Source: Narcine bancroftii
Taxonomy: Eukaryota
Direction of reading: 5' to 3'
DNA: 64,000 nt
Assembly (NCBI RefSeq): GCF_036971445.1
Contig: NC_091470.1
Span: 142,476,001-142,540,000, forward strand
In this document: positions 48,122-59,792 of the stretch, piece by piece
How positions within the stretch are numbered: the first letter of the stretch is position 1
Layout: every line of letters starts with the position of its first letter
Translations under genes and position numbers: made by a program
Notes under the pieces: model-generated
The model's input: the letters and a program-made list of their open reading frames with translations, nothing else
The model's database searches: none
What the model was told of the DNA's origin: nothing

Positions 48122-51100
48122 GTAAACCTTCGTTTGTGGAGACAGCTACATATTGAACTTTAGTAAGTGTTACTTCCCAGCTCTCAAGCAAACCACTCAA
48201 GTCAAAAGGGTCCTTAATTATGAGATTATGAGGAATATAGAAAAATATATAAATAATTTCCCCTTTACTGTTGTACACCTACAGAGTGTTCAAGGCTCCT
48301 CAGATGTTGTACACGATTGGATAAATGGATTTGAATGCATTTTTAAACCATCAGTGATTTTATATCCAAGTCTAACTTTGGAACGGGACAAATTGCAAAA
48401 CTTCCACCTCGGAAGATGAAGGAACACGTAAGCAGTTCTGCTGACCTAGTTAGAGTGTAATCAATCCCCACCACTGCATAATATGTTTTCCAACTCAAAC
48501 AACCATTTTCAACAAACATTTCCTGCAAATTTCTGCACAACCTTGAATTCGGTGTTTAATATAAAGAACCCTTGACTTGCATTGATTTAATGCCTCAGAC
48601 AATCAGGAAAAAGTTCACAAAGCCCAGGACACCTGCCCACAGCTAGGAGCACCTATTTTTTTCCTCTTGTCAGGAGATTTAATGAGATACATACATCCAT
48701 ATCATCAGAGAATATAAAAATCTCCATTGATAAATTACCAGATAGGCAAGCACTCAGTCTTTTGAATGTGTTTTGCGTGTTCCAAATCAAAGGTAAAAAC
48801 CATAACAAAACTTCTTATGGACGCTCTAAGTCCAGCTGAGTTCCTCCAGCAATTCTGTTCATTTACTACAATCACACAGTCTGCAGATTTCCGTGTTTCA
48901 CCGCATTCATTTGCTCCACAGTGAAATCTCTTCAAGGGATACCTACCATGGAGAGGCTCGCCTCCTCTCTTTGAAGGAAGTTCTGCAAGAGGCTCTCTCA
49001 CTGCTCCCCAGCTGCACTCCCTACCTTGACAAAGGGTTGAGGCCTGAAATGTCGGTTATATATCTTTACCTCCTTTGGACACTGCGAGATCTGCCAAGTT
49101 CCTCTGTATTTTTATCATAAAGCTTAGTTGCTCCTAGGGACTAATTGAAATATTGGCAAGGCAAAATTATCCAATGTCGAGACAAGCGATATCTGAGGCC
49201 CAATGTAGCCAATACACGTGGCATGGCACAACATACATGTTGGAACCATGCAAAATAATCTGAGATATTTCCTTTTAATAGAAAAGGAGGCCTTTTGGCC
49301 CATCGAGTCTATGCTATCTCATAGAGCAATGCAATCAAATTTATTGCCTCTCTTGTAATCTTTTCTCTCTCAAAAACCCATCAATTCCCTTCTCCCTACA
49401 TCCCTATTTTCCCAACCTCTCATCCACATGCTGGCACCCAGAGGAGCTTCAGGTTCCTCCTACAACTGCTTGGGATGTGGAAGGAAACAAAATGCACATA
49501 GCCCTTGTGGGAATATGTTAATGGCTGGCCTGCTCCTTTTATTTGAGACATTATTATGTTTCATGTCAAGGAAGCTGATCATGTAGTTGGATTAAGTTGG
49601 CTCACATCTTCTAAACCATTGACAAATACCTCGATCATGATGAACCTGGTCCCTTCTGACCACCAGTGCTTAAGGTTATTAAGTTCAAGAGCTGATGGAG
49701 TTGCTGCAATGGCGGTGCTGCCTGTGGTGCAGACCCTGGAGAACAAGGAGCAGAGGCACAGAGCTGCTCCAAAGGGTCCTAATGCCGGCAGCTCTGTACT
49801 GGCTTTAAACGGCCTGTTAGAGGAGCCCAAAGTGTTTTGTTTTAAAATCCTGTAAGTTGGCAGTACCTGAGGTTGCAGTTTCTGGTGGAGCAACGGACCA
49901 GTGCAGGGCACCAGCAATGGGGAAAACAACCGCACAGTATGGTGACCATGGCAGTGGACCAGCGAGGGGCTCAGCAGCTGAGGGACCCCCCCCCCTTTCC
50001 ATTGGCTGCTGGAGAGTAGCTCATGGGATCCAGGTATCAGAGCTGATTTGAGAGAGTGCTGAGGGTAAGAAGGGCTCCCAAAGGGTCTCGGGCACTGAAG
50101 GCTTCCTGATCATGTTGGAGGTCCGGATCTGGGGCTCGGGTTGCCAAATAATCAAATAGGAGTCTGTGGTGGTGAATCCACGGACACTCCTTGTATCTGA
50201 AGGGACTCTCTTTTGCTTCTCTTTCTCTCATACTGGAAGGGGTGCTGGGCAACACTAATGGTGACTCCTTGTCTGCCTCACGGTAAGCAGAACGCAATTT
50301 CGTGTAATACTGCATGTTCCGTACTATTACATGTCAATAAAGGATTTCTTGAATCGAATCTTGAGGGATGCCCCTCTTTCTCAACAATCCATTCCAACTA
50401 TCTAACCCTCTGGAGTATCTGTGCATTGGCCTCTTTATTATCCTTGTGTTTATTTGGCTGACCAGTGGTCAGCTGTGCCTTTGGATGTTGAATCTGGAAC
50501 CTTAGCCCTGGAACTCCCTCCCTGAAGATAGAGCTTCTAAAATGGTGGAGTTTTGGCCAGTGTCAAACAATAATGTAAAACTGGGACACAGATATCTGCT
50601 GGAGGTATGACCAGCGTTGAGCCTAGAGTGGAGGGAAGTGGAGTTCCGGCAGGAAACTGTGACTGGGAATTGAGCAGCACTCCGCGACTGTTGCATGAAG
50701 AATCGAGCAGCACGTGGCGACTGTTGCGTGGGGAATCATGCAGCAGATATATGGAATGGTCAGGACATCAAATAATTTAACTGGACAAATCGTGGGCTTG
50801 TAGACCCAATATCCAGGCTAAGCACTGTAGCAAAATAAAGTAGCAGTTGTCACAAGGCGTCCTGATGGAGGGAGAACAATTATAAGAGAAAACCACAGAA
50901 GGGAGGTTTGCACCTTTCTACAGGTACTCTCCAACTCACGATCGTAATTGGAACTGAAGGATCGGTTATATCTTGAAATGGTCGTAAGTCAGAATTTTGC
51001 CCACGCATGTATGGTACTGAAATTCTAAAGCAAACTTTTTAATCAAATCTTATTTTCATCATAGATTTGACGATAACAACTTAAATCTTCCTGAATTTGT

Positions 51101-51410
51101 CAATCAACCTTGGCAAATCTCTCCACATTCTGGTCAAAACTTATATTGTTAGTTGGTAGGCTACACCGGTAGGCTGGGTGTAGCCATCTTGATTCCTGTG
51201 CGCATGCATGAGCCTTCAGTTAGTGCATGCACAGAGGGTTCATTCATTAGAGTTCCTTTGGCGCAAGCGCGAGAGTTATGCTTTCTGACTATATTGAATC
51301 TGGGAGTTCAAGAAAATGCCATCACCAAAGATGTGAAATATTCTGGTGGACTTTGGAACAAATGAAACACGTGGCCCTCCATAATGGGCCAAAGGCAAGG
51401 GCTCCGATTA

Positions 51411-51660
51411 AAGTAAAAACACAATGGTGGACAAACTCAGCAGGTCAAACAGTGTCCTTTATGCAGCAAAGATACAGAACCAATGTTTCGCGCTTGAGCC
51501 CTTCATCAAGTTCGAGCGCCTGCCTACAATTTGCTCATGCCTTGATGAGGGGCTCAAGCCCGAAACGTTGGTTATGTATCTTTATCTTTGCTCTATAAAG
51601 GACACTGTCTGACCAGCTTTGTGTTTTCACTTCCATCATGGAGTCTGCAGACTTTTGAGT
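51411..51660. mobile_element. Palindromic Penelope-derived mini-element with two opposed hammerhead-like motifs
   Basis: Arms 51411-51510 and 51541-51633 are reverse complements; each carries TTGATGA-GGGC-TCAA-GC(C/G)C-GAAAC. Confidence 0.75.
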
Positions 51661-51899
51661 TATAGCTCTGCTTATAGTAGCTGATTGCATCCACAAACTG
51701 GGGCTGGTAGGGAGTGATTGGTTGAAAATGGACTGGAAAAATGATCAAGGAATGTCATGACTGTGTTTAAGTCAACTTCTGGAGCCATATACAGATTTGA
51801 ATACGGGCATCAGGATATATATAAAGTGCACATGCAAATGCCTTGGCAGTCTATCCTCCATTCTGAAAACTAAGATCTAAATAGGCTTGTGTGCATGAA

Positions 51900-53160
51900 G
51901 ACTGATGACAACCTCCTTGGCACCCTCTTATGTTGATAAAGCCTGTCAACTCTATAGTGGAGAGAATGGAGAGCACCAAGTTCCTTGGAGTTCACTTAAC
52001 TAGTGACCTATCATGGACACTCAACATCTCCTCACTTGTCAGGAAGGTGCAACAGTGACTGCACTTCCCGATAAGACTGAAGTGGGCAAGGCTAACGGCC
52101 ACCATCATGTCAACCTTCTACAGGAGCTCTATTGAGAACATCCTGGCCGACTGCACCACAGTGTGGCACGGTTGCTGCAGAGAAATGGATCAGCAGTCAA
52201 TCCACAGGACCATGAGAGTGGCAGAGAGGATCGCTGGATTCTCCCTCCCCACATCGATGTGATCTACCAGGACCCTTGTCTGAAGAGAGTGTGTGAAATC
52301 ATTGACAAAGCAGCAATTAGCTCTGGATGGCCAACTGCAATATCCATTAAACATTGATGCAGATTACAGGAAAACACCATGCCACCACAGGATACATGCT
52401 CACAACAGGCTCTACTCCTTGTGAAGCATTGGTGAACAGATGGATGAGCTCAGTCTCACCTTATCCAAATTAGAAGGGGAAGTGGAGTAGGGATCAATCA
52501 AACCAGGTCACCATGTTGACACAAGCCATAGGGGGAAGAGGTGGCTTGTGCAACAGAACAGTATGAGACCTCCTGGCAGATCGGACACAAGATGCGCCTG
52601 GAGATCATGCAGGTTTATATGTCTGGAAATTGGAGATAAATTTTGAAAAATCTCTACTGACCACATGATTCTTATAATCAGTTCCTGGGAGAACAGTAAA
52701 AGATAATGAGACTGAAGGTGTTTTTGAAGTGAGTCCAACGATCCATGTAATGTTGGTCTGAACAATGCTCGTTACTCTCAGACTGTCAGGTATCCACACC
52801 ACCCAGCACACACTCTGTTCTCACTGCTGCCATCAGGAGAGAGGTAGAGGAGCCACAAGACTCGCACTAGCAGGTTCAGGAACAGCTGCTCCCCCTCCAC
52901 CATCAGACTCCTCCAACACAAACTCAATCAGGGACTCATTTAAAAACTCTTTCTTTTGCACTTTATTGATTTTTTAAAATTCTCTCTATATTGCATCGTC
53001 AATTTGTTGGCATTTCTTGATTTGTTTAAATATGTACGCTGTGTATAGTTTTTTTTGCACTACCGATAAGTGTTAATTCTGACTGGCCAGCAAGTAAAGG
53101 AATCTCAGGGATGTATGTGATGTCATATATGTACTCTGACAATAAATCTGAAAATCCAAA
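51900..53160 (+). mobile_element. Rex1/L2-like LINE fragments (about 51900-52305 and 52790-53160)
   Basis: Degenerate KFLGVHLTSDLSW / FYRSSIENIL coding and the same 3' end as at 43250-44085. Confidence 0.65.
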
Positions 53161-53547
53161 ACCTAAAAATTCAGGATCGTGTCTTGTAGCAGACTGCTCT
53201 TTAAAAAACAATGATTGTGGAAAATTCAGGACGAAATCAGTAAAGCCCTAATGTTTGAGCTGGTCTGCCAACCCATACACCTTGCAGTTGACAGTAGCAG
53301 TTATAAACTCATGGAGTTCACCTTCTACTCTTCCTGGATCAATATCAAATGTTTATAACATTCTTCTGAACTATCTTGAAAGATTCAGTTGCCTTAAAGT
53401 AATTGTTTAAACTCTTTATGTTGTTAAACAAACACACACGTGCACATACACATGCATGCACACACACCCGACACACGCACACCCACACATACTCACGCAT
53501 GCATGCACAGATGTACACACACACTCACTCACCCACATGATTGAATA

Positions 53548-53702
53548 NNNNNNNNNNNNNNNNNNNNNNNNNNNNNNNNNNNNNNNNNNNNNNNNNNNNN
53601 NNNNNNNNNNNNNNNNNNNNNNNNNNNNNNNNNNNNNNNNNNNNNNNNNNNNNNNNNNNNNNNNNNNNNNNNNNNNNNNNNNNNNNNNNNNNNNNNNNNN
53701 NN
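53548..53702. other. Assembly gap (155 N) beside a CA-rich tract
   Basis: Run of N ending 46 nt before protease B exon 4. Confidence 0.99.
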
Positions 53703-53748
53703 GCTTGACATTATCATCTTACCACTCTGTGTCCTGTCTCTCAAACAG

Positions 53749-54015
53749 CTTTCACGACCTGCCAGCCTGAACTACTTTGTGGGTGTTGTTCCCCTGCCTC
53801 GTCGAACTTCATCACTGGAAGCAGACACTCTATGTCGAGTTTCGGGATGGGGATTCATCAGTCGGAATGGGAAGTTCATGCCAAGGAAGTTGAGGGCAGT
53901 TAGAGTGCCCATTGTGCCCACTTCACAATGTAACCGTACTGAATCGTACAATGGGAGCATCACTGCCAACATGATCTGTGCTGGATTCAAAACAGGGGGC
54001 AAAGATTCCTGCCAG
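53749..54015 (+). CDS. Serine protease B exon 4
   Basis: aaacag|CTTTCACGA...TGCCAG|gtattc, 267 nt; LSRPASLNYFVGVVPLP...CRVSGWG...CNRTESYNGSITANMICAGFKTGGKDSCQ. Confidence 0.93.
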
Positions 54016-54600
54016 GTATTCATTCATTCCTTTACCTTACTGTGAAGGCATTAGTTAAAATGCATGGTGCCAGCCCTCATCTATTCCCAGATGTAGGTGG
54101 TGTTGCCAAGACCAGCATATATTTACCTTCCCTAAATGTGTCACTGGCTGGACCATTTCCACCTTGTGATGCTTGATCTAGAGTCACGTGTCTACCCAGC
54201 TGGATGAGGATGATCCATCTCCCTCTCTGAATGGAGCTTGATGAATGGATGCCTTTTTCAAGATTCAATATTCAAAATTCCTTTTTTGTCATAATAATAC
54301 AGAATTACACACAAATGTCCTTCTTCCCACCATCAGGCAAATGAAGAAACAAAGAGTTGTCATTGGCATTACCCCTTACAGTAAGAGAAAGAGTCACAGT
54401 GCCCATGGATTTGCTTTCAGCGCTCCCGCAGCTTCTGCAGCCACACAGACCCCTCTTTTATCCACTGGCAATCTGAGCTCCAGATCCAAATCTCCAATGT
54501 GATCAGGCAGCCTTTAGCGTCCAAGGCCCTTCGGGAGCCCTTCTTGCACTCAGCACCCTCACAATTCTCAGTTCCATGAGTCCCTTGGCCATCTGCACCC

Positions 54601-54760
54601 TGTTAGGAAGTATGTGTTGCGGTTGTTGGAGGGAAGGGGGCCCTTGAAGTCCATGCTCAGGTGCTCGAAGTGGCGTGTGGCTTTTATCAGGTGTGCCCTG
54701 TCTGGTTGGTAGAAGTGCAGCTTGCACCCCACACAGACCCTGCAGTCCAGTCCCTGGTCA
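54601..54760 (-). mobile_element. Isolated Gypsy integrase fragment
   Basis: CKLHFYQPDRAHLIKATRHFEHLSMDFKGPLPSNNRNTYFLT, homologous to 61515-61640. Confidence 0.75.
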
Positions 54761-56973
54761 TGTCTCTGACATCCCCAATGAAGATGGCAGATTCCAATTT
54801 TTAGCAAAAAAATCTTGTGACATCGAGGTTGATGTGCTCCGCTCCCCATTCTCTCTGGTCCATTACAGCAGCTCCGGCAGCAATTCCTGGTAGTCACACG
54901 TTGTTTGGTAAAAATTACCTGTAATGAACAGCCGCACTAACACACGTCTAATGGAAGGCCATGGGGTCAATCAGCATGGAAACAAGCCCTTCAACCCAAG
55001 TATATGCTGATCATTAACCACCCATTTACATGGATCTCCATATTCCCATCATTCCCGGATTCTATCACCCATCTCTCCACTGGGGTGATTTGCAGTAACC
55101 AGTTGACATACAGTACTAGGGGATTGGGTCGGACAGGATTTTCGGATTTTCTGAATTCTCGGGTAGTACTTCTAAAATCCATGTTTAAGGGGGAATAAAG
55201 AAGATATGAACTGGTAAATTTTGATAGTTTATTCATTAGCAAAAACAGTATTCTTCATTTATAAAAACAAGTAGTTTTACAGAAAAATAAGGTCAACAGT
55301 GTGGTTGCTTCACCGTGCATCTGGCACGTACGTATCTGTGCATACAAAAGCCTGCTAAATATAAAAAGTTTGAGAGTTTTAAAAAAGTCAAGATTCTCAG
55401 GTGATCCGGATTTCTGGCATCTAGATTTTTGGACTTCTACTGTACAACCCAACACGTCTGTGGGATGTGGGGAAAAAAATGAGAGCACCCGCAAAAACCC
55501 CCCCTCACAGTCATGGAGAGCATGCAAACTCCACACAAACAGTGCTGGAGTTCAGGATTGAACTTGAGGCACTGGAACTCTGAGGGTGTCATTACTAGCT
55601 GAACACAGTGCTATTCCACACCAACCCTTTATCTCTCTCCAAAGCTGTTGAATAGCTTAAATCTTCCTCTGTGTTTTTCAGTTCCCAGCATCTGCCCATT
55701 TTCTAATTTGCTTTTGCACCACATTGTTGAATGGAACTGTAACAAGTGCATCAATTAATGAACCTGTCAGCCTTTAGGAGGCACTACCAGCTATGCCAGG
55801 TTCACACAGACCTCACTGAGCTGTCGACGCAGAGTGAAACACGTCTCTTGTAGTTGAAGGACACAGCTTTGGGTCCAGAGAGATTGGTGGCCAGACCACA
55901 TTCAATTTGATGACAAAGTGTGGATCCTCATGTATTGGAGTTCAGCCTCCAACCAGGTAATCAATAACCAGCACTTCCCTGAGGGATATGTCCTGGGGAC
56001 AAGGGTCCTCCTCACTCTAGTCCCCAGTCTGAGTGTAGATACAATGAGAAGTAATGCTAGGCCCCATACACTGTGGCAAAGGCCACAGAAAAGGTTCTGC
56101 TGGCAGTCTCAGAGCAGAGACACCCCCAAGGGCACAGAAACTGGATGAAGATGTCTGCTAGGAGAGCATCTTAAGGTGATGTGGTTAGCACTGGGCAGAA
56201 CAGTCTCTGATAGACAGCATCTTTCCTTTGGAGCTGTGGATCCATAACACTCAATGCCAACCAAGTGACCTCCTCCACAATCTAATCCACTCCAATAATC
56301 AGTTTAAGATTTAACTGAACCAAGAATAAGTTATCAATAAATGAATTCCTGATCCCTTTCCTGAACTGTTTCCATGGCTTTCCCTCATCTTGACATACCC
56401 CAAGAGGCAACATCAATTGAATGGGGATTTGCATGCTTGGAGGAGGGTGCCGTAGCTCCCTCCTGGTGGGTTTTTCAGTTAGCTCTTGAGGGTCTCTTGT
56501 CTGTAGCCTCCCAGCCCCCAGCTCACAGGATCCCACCGAGCAGTCATCTCTCTGATGGGATGGTCCAGCTCCCAAAGACTGTCGACCTCTTCCTCACTGA
56601 ATCTGTCCTCCCCATCTCTTGCTGCTGCCAGGGTGAGGGTGCTTGAAGGTCTGAAGAGGAGCTCAAAGGCTAAAGACTCTGGAATCTTGAGCAAAGATCT
56701 ACTGGAGGAACACAGTGTCCACGGTTAGAAATGGTCAGTCAGCCTTGTGCTGGGGAACCTTTAGTGAGACTCGTGAGAGCTCTCCCCATTTAGTGTAAGA
56801 GGCTGACTCATAAGCAAGTTGAAATCATGGGATCTACCACAGCAACTCCACTATTGTCACAGATGCCAGTGACAAGTGTGAGCAGCAAGTCCTGCCAACA
56901 GTGTTAGTTTTTAAACGTCTGCCCAGTGTCTTGTACCTTTACTGATCCCTGATATTCTATTTTTCTTTAACAG

Positions 56974-57123
56974 GGGGATTCTGGTGGTCCTTTAATCTGT
57001 AAAGGCAGAATATACGGGATAGTATCCTGGGGAAAGCTTTGTGGAGACGGGAATTATCCCGGGGTATATACATCTGTGGCCAGATTCCGCAACTGGATCA
57101 TAAGAACCATCAACCAATCATAA
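56974..57123 (+). CDS. Serine protease B exon 5 (catalytic Ser, stop)
   Basis: ttaacag|GGGGATTCTGGTGGT...TAA; [49 protein letters not shown]. Total 253 aa; AATAAA at 57194 and 57513. Confidence 0.94.
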   Translation, partial: GDSGGPLICKGRIYGIVSWGKLCGDGNYPGVYTSVARFRNWIIRTINQS

Positions 57124-57600
57124 ACCAGATTGTTCCTCCTGATCATTTTTAGTAAATTCCTTGCAGCTTTAGTCTGCCAAAAATAATTGGTCAAATAAAT
57201 TTGTTTTTCTTGGACTGATGGATTGAAGATCAATACGACTTGGCCTTGAGACAGATCACTGTGGAGAGCTATCCAAGGAATTCACTTCTCTTTGAGGGTG
57301 AAATTGTTTTGAAAGTTTGGAAGTTTTATATTCAAATCATGTGCAGTGCTACCAATTAAAATACCATAATTCTGAAAATATGCATTAGCCTGAAAAGGAT
57401 TTTGAATATTGATAAGGAAAAGCAGAATTACAATTGACTGGGAACATTTTATCTCGTCTAATATGTAGTTTAAGTCTTATTTCAGGGTGGCTATTGTTTC
57501 TAATTTTGTAACAATAAACTGGTTGTTACTTGCAAGTTTTCTGGTTTTGATGAAACTCCACTCAGTTCAATTTTTACCAACTAACATTCTCTCACCTACT

Positions 57601-57830
57601 TAAAAACACAACGCTGGAGAAACTCAGCTGGTCAAATAGTGTCCTTTATACAGCAAAGATAAAAATACAGAACCAACATTTTGGGTTTGAGTACTTCATC
57701 AAGGTATGAGCAAAATGTAGGCAGGTGCCCAAGTTCGGTTATGTATCTTAAAGGCCACTGACCTGCTGAGTTTCTCCACCGTTGTGTTTTTACTTCAACC
57801 ATGGTGTCTGCAAACTTTCTTGTTTTACTT
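57601..57830. mobile_element. Palindromic Penelope-derived mini-element
   Basis: Inverted arms aaaaacacaacgctggagaaactcagc / gctgagtttctccaccgttgtgttttt. Confidence 0.7.
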
Positions 57831-59792
57831 TTCTCACATATTTGTTGTGTTGCTGACTTGTATAAATCAAATCTCCTCACTATTGTTACCAATTTACATA
57901 TTAAAATGTGGGACGATTAACATCACATCAGTTAAATTGCATCATTTGAATTTTTGTTTCTGGGCTAAAGCACAATTCCAGATAGTGGTGGTCCTTTGGT
58001 TTTTTTTTGGTCCTGTCTGGTCTGTAAGCATGAATCTATAGCAGCTGAACTCAATCCTGTCCAATCCAGCAACAACACTCACAGGTTTCTCGAAGACCAT
58101 TCATTGGCTCTTCTTGTTCCTTCAGTCTTTCTGTGTCGAAGTCCTCATCACACATTCTGTAATCTGCCCACTCCTCTGCAACATGAGATGCTGTCAATGG
58201 AATGAGCCAATGTCTACATGCAGCCGATCTCTGTCACTGGCGACCATACAATAGCTATGAGACTGCCCTCTGCAGTCATGTACCCTGAGCCTTTACATAG
58301 CACCTCTTATATCCTCAGCCTACATTGCCCTCAACCCATGCGAGTGCTGAAGAAGGGCCTGAAACATTCACTGCCTTTTACTTCTCTGCGTGGCCTGCTA
58401 AGTTTCTCCAGCAAGTTTGTGTACTGCACTCAGCCCCAGCATCTGCAGAACACAGTGTTAATTTTTATGTGTTCACTGATGACAACACCTGTGTCTATGT
58501 CTGTTCACTGCTCCTGGATTCTTTGACGTTTGCCATTCCATTCTAAGTGAGCAGAACTGTTTCCTAAACAAATAGTGAATGGAATGTTGTTCTGTGACAT
58601 AAATTGTGTTTCCTAACCACACAGGTGGATCTGCATGGTCACAGGTGCCACCTTTGCTGAGGCATTGGGCCAAGATTCCACCTGTTCTCCTGAACACATG
58701 GGAGACCTTTCAAGGCACTTGAAGGACAAAAGAAGACTTGTTCCTCAGGGAATATTACAGAGCCCCAGGTAATCTGCCTCTTATTATTTGGAGCAATTAT
58801 CTGGACAATTTTCTGGAGAAAGAAAGAACTAGGAACAGAACTCGGCCCTTTAGCTTGTTAAAACTGCTCCATCATCAGTCAAGATCATCCTTAATCTTCT
58901 CCACATCCAGAAATCCATCTGTTTCTGTTCTGAATGAACCCAATGACTGAGCCTCCACACCCCTGTAGGATAGAGAATTCCAAAGACTCTCCACCCTTTT
59001 GTGAGAAATCTCTTCTCAGTCTAAAAGAGCATTTTTTTCTGAAATTGTGACTCCTGGCTCTAGTCTCCCCAGTCAGGGGAAACAGCCTTCCCGTATTCAG
59101 CCCGCAAAACCCTGCAAGGTTCAATGAAATCTCCTAAAGTTCAAAGTTCAGATTTATTGCCAGAGAACATACTTTATATGATATCTCATATAACCCTGGG
59201 ATTCTTTTTCCTGCGGGTCAGGCCGAATTTCTACTGATCAGTAAAGCAAAAAAAAAATGTACTCAGGAAAGGATTTGTACACAAAAGAGAGAAATGTAGA
59301 AGTTCAGTATAGACTCAACACTTCACGGAAGACAAAACAAAACACTGGATCGACTTTAGTCAATCTTCAAGGCCCTTCCCTTATGGAAAATATGTCCTAT
59401 TTTCATCAAAGAAAATATTAATGAATAAAATTGTTTATTGTGTGTGGTTTATTTGAACATCCTGAGATAATGAATAGACAGTTTCAAGACTTTCCATCTC
59501 ATCAGGAGTCTGTAAGTCAAACAGCACAAAAATGGGCCATTTGCCCTTTTGTTTGTGTGTCTCTGTGGTGACCTTTTGCCTGTGTACACTGATTCTATTT
59601 GCCTGCATCACTTGAAGAATATGTTATTTTTTACACACATTTGTTTAAATAGTTAAGTAATACTTTGCATGGCAGAGATACCTGACTGTGAGATGTCTGA
59701 AATGGATACAGAGGAGGATGAGTCTTTGATAACATAACAGAATGTTGGCATTGTGCTGTTGGTACTTGAGAAAGTGATCTGTATTGCCAGGT

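Noticed and set aside
26811-57123. Assigning PRSS1/2/3, KLK or GZMA/GZMK symbols to the two proteases
   Set aside because: Their features are mixed and orthology cannot be established without a phylogeny.
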